Source of the DNA: Euprymna scolopes
Taxonomy: Eukaryota
Strand: one strand, 5' to 3'
Assembly: GCA_053919585.1 (NCBI GenBank)
Contig: CM132804.1
Length of the DNA: 64,000 bases
The notes below the pieces were generated by a model. It made no database searches and was not told the DNA's origin. It saw only the letters and a list, made by a program, of their open reading frames with translations. Position numbers and translations under genes: made by a program. Shown one piece after another: positions 54,001 to 64,000 of this stretch (its first letter is position 1; each line of letters begins with the position of its first letter).

Positions 54001-57000
54001 AAAAATTGAACTTAGTGTCATTTAACGGTATTGCGACTAACGAATAAAGTTAAAAATTGAACTTAGTGTCATTTAACGGTATTGCGACTAACGAATAAAG
54101 TTAAAAATTGAACTTAGTGTCATTTAACGGTATTGCGACTAACGAATAAAGTTAAAAATTGAACTTAGTGTCATTTAACGGTATTGCGACTAACGAATAA
54201 AGTTAAAAATTGAACTTAGTGTCATTTAACGGTATTGCGACTAACGAATAAAGTTAAAAATTGAACTTAGTGTCATTTAACGGTATTGCGACTAACGAAT
54301 AAAGTTAAAAATTGAACTTAGTGTCATTTAGCGGTATTGCGACTAACGAATAAAGTTAAAAATTGAACTTAGTGTCATTTAGCGGTATTGCGACTAACGA
54401 ATAAAGTTAAAAATTGAACTTAGTGTCATTTAACGGTATTGCGACTAACGAATAAAGTTAACAATTTAACTCAGTGTCATTTAGCGGTATTGCGACTAAC
54501 GAATAAAGTTAAAAATTGAACTTAGTGTCATTTAACGGTATTGCGACTAACAAATAAAGTTAAAAATTGAACTTAGTGTCATTTAGCGGTATTGCGACGA
54601 ACGAATAAAGTTAAAAATTGAACTTAGTGTCATTTAACGGTATTGCGACTAACGAATAAAGTTAAAAATTGAACTTAGTGTCATTTAACGGTATTGCGAC
54701 TAACGAATAATGTTAAAAATTGAACTTAGTGTCATTTAACGGTATTGCGACTAACGAATAAAGTTAAAAATTGAACTTAGTGTCATTTAACGGTATTGCG
54801 ACTAACGAATAAAGTTAAAAATTGAACTTAGTGTCATTTAGCGGTATTGCGACTAACGAATAAAGTTAAAAATTGAACTTAGTGTCATTTAACGGTATTG
54901 CGACTAACGAATAAAGTTAAAAATTGAACTTAGTGTCATTTAACGGTATTGCGACTAACGAATAAAGTTAAAAATTGAACTTAGTGTCATTTAACGGTAT
55001 TGCGACTAACGAATAAAGTTAAAAATTGAACTTAGTGTCATTTAACGGTATTGCGACTAACGAATAAAGTTAAAAATTGAACTTAGTGTCATTTAACGGT
55101 ATTGCGACTAACGAATAAAGTTAACAATTTAACTCAGTGTCATTTAGCGGTATTGCGACTAACGAATAAAGTTAACAATTGAACTCAGTGTCATTTAGCG
55201 GTATTGCGACTAACGAATAAAGTTAAAAATTGAACTTAGTGTCATTTAACGGTATTGCGACTAACGAATAAAGTTAAAAATTGAACTTAGTGTCATTTAA
55301 CGGTATTGCGACTAACGAATAAAGTTAAAAATTGAACTTAGTGTCATTTAACGGTATTGCGACTAACGAATAAAGTTAAAAATTGAACTTAGTGTCATTT
55401 AACGGTATTGCGACTAACGAATAAAGTTAAAAATTGAACTTAGTGTCATTTAACGGTATTGCGACTAACGAATAAAGTTAACAATTTAACTCAGTGTCAT
55501 TTAGCGGTATTGCGACTAACGAATAAAGTTAACAATTGAACTCAGTGTCATTTAGCGGTATTGCGACTAACGAATAAAGTTAAAAATTGAACTTAGTGTC
55601 ATTTAACGGTATTGCGACTAACGAATAAAGTTAGAAATTGAACTTAGTGTCATTTAACGGTATTGCGACTAACGAATAAAGTTAAAAATTGAACTTAGTG
55701 TCATTTAACGGTATTGCGACTAACGAATAAAGTTAAAAATTGAACTTAGTGTCATTTAACGGTATTGCGACTAACGAATAAAGTTAAAAATTGAACTTAG
55801 TGTCATTTAACGGTATTGCGACTAACGAATAAAGTTAAAAATTGAACTTAGTGTCATTTAACGGTATTGCGACTAACGAATAAAGTTAAAAATTGAACTT
55901 AGTGTCATTTAACGGTATTGCGACTAACGAATAAAGTTAAAAATTGAACTTAGTGTCATTTAACGGTATTGCGACTAACGAATAAAGTTAAAAATTGAAC
56001 TTAGTGTCATTTAGCGGTATTGCGACTAACGAATAAAGTTAAAAATTGAACTTAGTGTCATTTAGCGGTATTGCGACTAACGAATAAAGTTAAAAATTGA
56101 ACTTAGTGTCATTTAACGGTATTGCGACTAACGAATAAAGTTAACAATTTAACTCAGTGTCATTTAGCGGTATTGCGACTAACGAATAAAGTTAAAAATT
56201 GAACTTAGTGTCATTTAACGGTATTGCGACTAACAAATAAAGTTAAAAATTGAACTTAGTGTCATTTAGCGGTATTGCGACGAACGAATAAAGTTAAAAA
56301 TTGAACTTAGTGTCATTTAACGGTATTGCGACTAACGAATAAAGTTAAAAATTGAACTTAGTGTCATTTAACGGTATTGCGACTAACGAATAATGTTAAA
56401 AATTGAACTTAGTGTCATTTAACGGTATTGCGACTAACGAATAAAGTTAAAAATTGAACTTAGTGTCATTTAACGGTATTGCGACTAACGAATAAAGTTA
56501 AAAATTGAACTTAGTGTCATTTAGCGGTATTGCGACTAACGAATAAAGTTAAAAATTGAACTTAGTGTCATTTAACGGTATTGCGACTAACGAATAAAGT
56601 TAACAATTTAACTCAGTGTCATTTAGCGGTATTGCGACTAACGAATAAAGTTAACAATTGAACTCAGAGTCATTTAGCGGTATTGCGACTAACGAATAAA
56701 GTTAAAAATTGAACTTAGTGTCATTTAACGGTATTGCGACTAACAAATAAAGTTAAAAATTGAACTTAGTGTCATTTAGCGGTATTGCGACTTACGAATA
56801 AAGTTAACAATTTAACTCAGTGTCATTTAGCGGTATTGCGACTAACGAATAAAGTTAACAATTGAACTCAGTGTCATTTAGCGGTATTGCGACTAACGAA
56901 TAAAGTTAAAAATTGAACTTAGTGTCATTTAGCGGTATTGCGACTAACGAATAAAGTTAACAATTGAACTTAGTGTCATTTAGCGGTATTGCGACTAACG

Positions 57001-60000
57001 AATAAAGTTAACAATTTAACTCAGTGTAATTTAGCGGTATTGCGACTAACGAATAAAGTTAACAATTGAACTCAGTGTCATTTAGCGGTATTGCGACTAA
57101 CGAATAAAGTTAACAATTGAACTCAGTGTCATTTAGCGGTATTGCGACTAACGAATAAAGTTAACAATTGAACTCAATGTCATTTAGCGGTATAGCGACT
57201 AACGAATAAACTTAACAATTGAACTCAATGTCATTTGGCGGTATTGCGACTAACGAATAAACTTAACAATTGAACTATATGTCATTTAGCGGTATTGCGA
57301 CTAACGAATAAAGTTAACAATTGAACTCAGTGTAATTTAGCGGTATTGCGACTAACGAATAAAGTTAACAAATGAACTCAGTGTCATTAAGCGGTATTGC
57401 GACTAACGAAAAAAGTGAACAATTGAACTCAGTGTCATTTAGCGGTATTTACACTAACGAATAAAGTTAAAAATAGAACTCAGTGTCATATAGCGGTATT
57501 GCGACTAACGAATAAAGTTAACAATGGACCTTAGTGTCATTTAGCGGTATTGCGACTAACAAATACAGTTAACAATTGAACACAGTGTAATATAGCGGTA
57601 TTGCGACAAACGAATAAAGTTAACAGTTGAATTCAATGTCATTTAGTGGTATTGCTTCTAACGAATAAAGTTAACAATTGAACTCAGTGTCATATAGCGG
57701 TATTGCGGCTAACGAATAAAGTAAACAATTGAACTCAATATAATTTATTGGTATTGCGACTAACGAATAAAGTTAAAAATTGAACTCAGTGTAATTTAGC
57801 GGTATTGGCACTAACGAATAAAGTTAAAAATGTAACTCAGTGTCATTTAGCGGTATTGCGACGAACGAATAAAGTTAACAATTGAACTCAGTGTCATATA
57901 GCGGTATTGCGACTAACGAATACAGTTAAAAATTGAACTCAGTGTCATATAGCGGTATTGCGACTAACGAATAAAGTAAAAAATTGAACGGTGTCATATA
58001 GCGGCATTGCGACTAACGAAAAAATTTAACAATTGAACTCATTGTCAATTAGCGGTACTGCAACTAACGAATAAACTTAACAATTGAATTCAATGGCATT
58101 TAGCGGATGCGACTAACGAATGAAGTGAATAATTTAACTCAGTGTCATATAGCGGTATTGCGACTAACGAATAAACTTAACAATTGAACTCAATATCATT
58201 TAGCGGTATTGCGACTAACGAATAAAGTTAACAATTGACTTTAGTGTCATTTAGCGGTATTGCGACTAACGAATAAAGTTAAAAATTTAACTCAGTGTCA
58301 TATAGCGGTATTGCGAATAATGAATAAATTTAACAATTGAACTCAGTGTCAAATAGCGGTATTGCGACTAACGAATAAAGTTTAAAATTGCACTCAGTGT
58401 CATTTAGCGTTATTGTGACTAACGGATAAAGTTAAAAATTGAACTCGGTGTAATATAGCGGTATTGCGACTAACGAATAAAGTTAAAAATTGAACTTAGT
58501 GTCATTTAACGGTATTGCGACTAACAAATAAAGTTAAAAATTGAACTTAGTGTCATTTAGCGGTATTGCGACGAACGAATAAAGTTAAAAATTGAACTTA
58601 GTGTCATTTAGCGGTATTGCGACTAACGAATAAAGTTAAAAATTGAACTTAGTGTCATTTAACGGTATTGCGACTAACGAATAAAGTTAAAAATTGAACT
58701 TAGTGTCATTTAACGGTATTGCGACTAACGAATAAAGTTAAACATTGAACTTAGTGTCATTTAACGGTATTGCGACTAACGAATAAAGTTAAAAATTGAA
58801 CTTAGTGTCATTTAGCGGTATTGCGACTAACGAATAAAGTTAAAAATTGAACTTAGTGTCATTTAACGGTATTGCGACTAACGAATAAAGTTAAAAATTG
58901 AACTTAGTGTCATTTAACGGTATTGCGACTAACGAATAAAGTTAAAAATTGAACTTAGTGTCATTTAGCGGTATTGCGACTAACGAATAAAGTTAAAAAT
59001 TGAACTTAGTGTCATTTAACGGTATTGCGACTAACGAATAAAGTTAACAATTTAACTCAGTGTCATTTAGCGGTATTGCGACTAACGAATAAAGTTAACA
59101 ATTGAACTCAGTGTCATTTAGCGGTATTGCGACTAACGAATAAAGTTAAAAATTGAACTTAGTGTCATTTAACGGTATTGCGACTAACAAATAAAGTTAA
59201 AAATTGAACTTAGTGTCATTTAGCGGTATTGCGACTAACGAATAAAGTTAACAATTTAACTCAGTGTCATTTAGCGGTATTGCGACTAACGAATAAAGTT
59301 AACAATTGAACTCAGTGTCATTTAGCGGTATTTCGACTAACGAATAAAGTTAAAAATTGAACTTAGTGTCATTTAGCGGTATTGCGACTAACGAATAAAG
59401 TTAACAATTGAACTTAGTGTCATTTAGCGGTATTGCGACTAACGAATAAAGTTAACAATTTAACTCAATGTCATTTAGCGGTATTGCGACTAACGAATAA
59501 ACTTAACAATTGAACTCAATGTCATTTGGCGGTATTGCGACTAACGAATAAACTTAACAATTGAACTATATGTCATTTAGCGGTATTGCGACTAACGAAT
59601 AAAGTTAACAATTGAACTCAGTGTAATTTAGCGGTATTGCGACTAACGAATAAACTTAACAAATGAACTCAGTGTCATTAAGCGGTATTGCGACTAACGA
59701 AAAAAGTGAACAATTGAACTCAGTGTCATTTAGCGGTATTGCGACTAACGAATAAAGTTAAAAATAGAACTCAGTGTCATATAGCGGTATTGCGACTAAC
59801 GAATAAAGTTAACAATGGACCTTAGTGTCATTTAGCGGTATTGCGACTAACAAATACAGTTAACAATTGAACTCAGTGTAATATAGCGGTATTGCGACAA
59901 ACGAATAAAGTTAACAGTTGAATTCAATGTCATTTAGTGGTATTGCTTCTAACGAATAAAGTTAACAATTGAACTCAGTGTCATATAGCGGTATTGCGGC

Positions 60001-63000
60001 TAACGAATAAAGTAAACAATTGAACTCAATATAATTTATTGGTATTGCGACTAACGAATAAAGTTAAAAATTGAACTCAGTGTCATTTAGCGGTATTGGC
60101 ACTAACGAATAAAGTTAAAAATGTAACTCAGTGTCATTTAGCGGTATTGCGACGAACGAATAAAGTTAACAATTGAACTCAGTGTCATATAGCGGTATTG
60201 CGACTAACGAATACAGTTAAAAATTGAACTCAGTGTCATATAGCGGTATTGCGACTAACGAATAAAGTAAAAAATTGAACGGTGTCATATAGCGGCATTG
60301 CGACTAACGAATAAATTTAACAATTGAACTCATTGTCAATTAGCGGTACTGCAACTAACGAATAAACTTAACAATTGAATTCAATGGCATTTAGCGGATG
60401 CGACTAACGAATGAAGTGAATAATTTAACTCAGTGTCATATAGCGGTATTGCGACTAACGAATAAACTTAACAATTGAACTCAATATAATTTAGCGGTAT
60501 TGCGACTAACGAATAAAGTTAACAATTGACTTTAGTGTCATTTAGCGGTATTGCGACTAACGAATAAAGTAAAAATTTAACTCAGTGTCATATAGCGGTA
60601 TTGAGAATAATGAATAAATTTAACAATTGAACTCAGTGTCAAATAGCGGTATTGCGACTAACGAATAAAGTTAAAAATTGCACTCAGTGTCATTTAGCGT
60701 TATTGTGACTAACGGATAAAGTTAAAAATTGAACTCGGTGTAATATAGCGGTATTGCGACAAACGAATAAAGTTAAAAATTGAACTTAGTGTCATTTAAC
60801 GGTATTGCGACTAACGAATAAAGTTAAAAATTGAACTCAGTGTCATTTAGCGGTATTGCGACGAACGAATAAAGTTAAAAATTGAACTTAGTGTCATTTA
60901 ACGGTATTGCGACTAACGAATAAAGTTAAAAATTGAACTTAGTGTCATTTAACGGTATTGCGACTAACGAATAAAGTTAAAAATTGAACTTAGTGTCATT
61001 TAACGGTATTGCGACTAACGAATAAAGTTAAAAATTGAACTTAGTGTCATTTAACGGTATTGCGACTAACGAATAAAGTTAAAAATTGAACTTAGTGTCA
61101 TTTAACGGTATTGCGACTAACGAATAAAGTTAAAAATTGAACTTAGTGTCATTTAACGGTATTGCGACTAACGAATAAAGTTAAAAATTGAACTTAGTGT
61201 CATTTAACGGTATTGCGACTAACGAATAAAGTTAAAAATTGAACTTAGTGTCATTTAACGGTATTGCGACTAACGAATAAAGTTAAAAATTGAACTTAGT
61301 GTCATTTAACGGTATTGCGACTAACGAATAAAGTTAAAAATTGAACTTAGTGTCATTTAACGGTATTGCGACTAACGAATAAAGTTAAAAATTGAACTTA
61401 GTGTCATTTAACGGTATTGCGACTAACGAATAAAGTTAAAAATTGAACTTAGTGTCATTTAACGGTATTGCGACTAACGAATAAAGTTAAAAATTGAACT
61501 TAGTGTCATTTAACGGTATTGCGACTAACGAATAAAGTTAAAAATTGAACTTAGTGTAATTTAACGGTATTGCGACTAACGAATAAAGTTAAAAATTGAA
61601 CTTAGTGTCATTTAACGGTATTGCGACTAACGAATAAAGTTAAAAATTGAACTTAGTGTCATTTAACGGTATTGCGACTAACGAATAAAGTTAAAAATTG
61701 AACTTAGTGTCATTTAACGGTATTGCGACTAACGAATAAAGTTAAAAATTGAACTTAGTGTCATTTAACGGTATTGCGACTAACGAATAAAGTTAAAAAT
61801 TGAACTTAGTGTCATTTAACGGTATTGTGACTAACGAATAAAGTTAAAAATTGAACTTAGTGTCATTTAACGGTATTGCGACTAACGAATAAAGTTAAAA
61901 ATTGAACTTAGTGTCATTTAACGGTATTGCGACTAACGAATAAAGTTAAAAATTGAACTTAGTGTCATTTAACGGTATTGCGACTAACGAATAAAGTTAA
62001 AAATTGAACTTAGTGTCATTTAACGGTATTGCGACTAACGAATAAAGTTAAAAATTGAACTTAGTGTCATTTAGCGGTATTGCGACTAACGAATAAAGTT
62101 AAAAATTGAACTTAGTGTCATTTAGCGGTATTGCGACTAACGATTAAAGTTAACAATTTAACTCAGTGTCATTTAGCGGTATTGCGACTAACGAATAAAG
62201 TTAAAAATTGAACTTAGTGTCATTTAACGGTATTGCGACTAACGAATAAAGTTAAAAATTGAACTTAGTGTAATTTAACGGTATTGCGACTAACGAATAA
62301 AGTTAAAAATTGAACTTAGTGTCATTTAACGGTATTGCGACTAACGAATAAAGTTAAAAATAAACTCAGTGTCATTTAACGGTATTGCGACTAACGAATA
62401 AAGTTAAAAATTGAACTTAGTGTCATTTAACGGTATTGCGACTAACGAATAAAGTTAAAAATTGAACTTAGTGTCATTTAGCGGTATTGCGACTAACGAA
62501 TAAAGTTAAAAATTGAACTTAGTGTCATTTAGCGGTATTGCGACTAACGAATAAAGTTAACAATTTAACTCAGTGTCATTTAGCGGTATTGCGACTAACG
62601 AATAAAGTTAAAAATTGAACTTAGTGTCATTTAACGGTATTGCGACTAACGAATAAAGTTAAAAATTGAACTTAGTGTCATTTAACGGTATTGCGACTAA
62701 CGAATAAAGTTAAAAATTGAACTTAGTGTCATTTAACGGTATTGCGACTAACGAATAAAGTTAAAAATTGAACTTAGTGTCATTTAACGGTATTGCGACT
62801 AACGAATAAAGTTAAAAATTGAACTTAGTGTCATTTAGCGGTATTGCGACTAACGAATAAAGTTAAAAATTGAACTTAGTGTCATTTAGCGGTATTGCGA
62901 CTAACGAATAAAGTTAAAAATTGAACTTAGTGTCATTTAACGGTATTGCGACTAACGAATAAAGTTAAAAATTGAACTTAGTGTCATTTAACGGTATTGC

Positions 63001-64000
63001 GACTAACGAATAAAGTTAAAAATTGAACTTAGTGTCATTTAACGGTATTGCGACTAACGAATAAAGTTAAAAATTGAACTTAGTGTCATTTAACGGTATT
63101 GCGACTAACGAATAAAGTTAAAAATTGAACTTAGTGTCATTTAACGGTATTGCGACTTACGAATAAAGTTAAAAATTGAACTTAGTGTCATTTAACGGTA
63201 TTGCGACTAACGAATAAAGTTAAAAATTGAACTTAGTGTCATTTAACGGTATTGCGACTAACGAATAAAGTTAAAAATTGAACTTAGTGTCATTTAACGG
63301 TATTGCGACTAACGAATAAAGTTAAAAATTGAACTTAGTGTCATTTAGCGGTATTGCGACTAACGAATAAAGTTAAAAATTGAACTTAGTGTCATTTAGC
63401 GGTATTGCGACTAACGGATAAAGTTAAAAATTGAACTTAGTGTCATTTAACGGTATTGCGACTAACGAATAAAGTTAAAAATTGAACTTAGTGTCATTTA
63501 ACGGTATTGCGACTAACGAATAAAGTTAAAAATTGAACTTAGTGTCATTTAGCGGTATTGCGACTAACGAATAAAGTTAAAAATTGAACTTAGTGTCATT
63601 TTACGGTATTGCGACTAACGAATAAAGTTAACAATTTAACTCAGTGTCATTTAGCGGTATTGCGACTAACGAATAAAGTTAACAATTGAACTCAGTGTCA
63701 TTTAGCGGTATTGCGACTAACGAATAAAGTTAAAAATTGAACTTAGTGTCATTTAGCGGTATTGCGACTAACAAATAAAGTTAAAAATTGAACTTAGTGT
63801 CATTTAGCGGTATTGCGACTAACGAATAAAGTTAACAATTTAACTCAGTGTAATTTAGCGGTATTGCGACTAACGAATAAAGTTAACAATTGAACTCAGT
63901 GTCATTTAGCGGTATTGCGACTAACGAATAAAGTTAAAAATTTAACTTAGTGTCATTTAGCGGTATTGCGACTAACGAATAAAGTTAACAATTGAACTCA
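12097..64000. repeat. 51-bp satellite DNA array of at least 51.9 kb (about 1,020 head-to-tail monomers), continuing past the window
   Basis: Consensus GTTAAAAATTGAACTTAGTGTCATTTAACGGTATTGCGACTAACGAATAAA (15/51 G+C). One orientation throughout, no insertions seen, and stop codons in all six frames. Confidence 0.99.
31220..60770. repeat. Higher-order repeat domain with 10 copies of an ordered diverged-monomer cassette
   Basis: The marker GAACTATATGTC has the C of CTATAT at 31335, 35007, 36741, 38981, 42653, 44893, 49276, 51669, 57275 and 59566. Each is followed by the same order of variant monomers. The 14-mer form occurs in copies 1, 2 and 4, and the 26-mer form (about 1,322 bp) in the rest. 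Confidence 0.95.

Noticed and set aside
12097-64000. Giant repeat protein: 51 bp = 17 codons, with plus frame LKIELSVI*RYCD*RIK open if TAA/TAG = Gln and several common variants synonymous in it
   Set aside because: All six frames have stops in the standard code. Even with a ciliate-type code the cassette has an in-frame TGA (AAG TGA ACA), and 49-, 50- and 52-bp monomers shift the frame. The flanking repeat content looks metazoan.
12097-64000. CRISPR array
   Set aside because: There are no unique spacers (the whole unit repeats), no cas genes, and the context is eukaryotic.
12097-64000. Telomeric repeat or tandem tRNA/5S/snRNA genes
   Set aside because: There is no short G-rich telomere unit, and the monomer is too short and lacks recognisable A/B boxes or an RNA fold.

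Overview
Eukaryotic, AT-rich and apparently gene-free DNA, probably from an invertebrate animal (inferred from the repeat content). Bases 1-12,096 are a transposon graveyard interleaved with (TA)n, (GA)n and (CA)n microsatellites and three short N-runs. It holds two decayed maT/DD37D-like Tc1/mariner elements, one truncated mariner, three MITEs, a Penelope-like remnant with a degenerate hammerhead ribozyme, two CR1-group LINE 3' fragments, a probable Helentron/HINE with internal repeats and a 40-bp minisatellite. From 12,097 to the window end is one uninterrupted head-to-tail satellite array of a 51-bp monomer (GTTAAAAATTGAACTTAGTGTCATTTAACGGTATTGCGACTAACGAATAAA, about 1,020 copies). The left third is near-consensus with local block duplications. 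The right two-thirds carries 10 copies of an ordered cassette of 14 or 26 diverged monomers in two haplotypes (A and B), which alternate strictly from the third copy onward, giving a nested higher-order repeat. I found no intact protein-coding gene, CRISPR array, tRNA or rRNA. All alignments and counts were made by eye.
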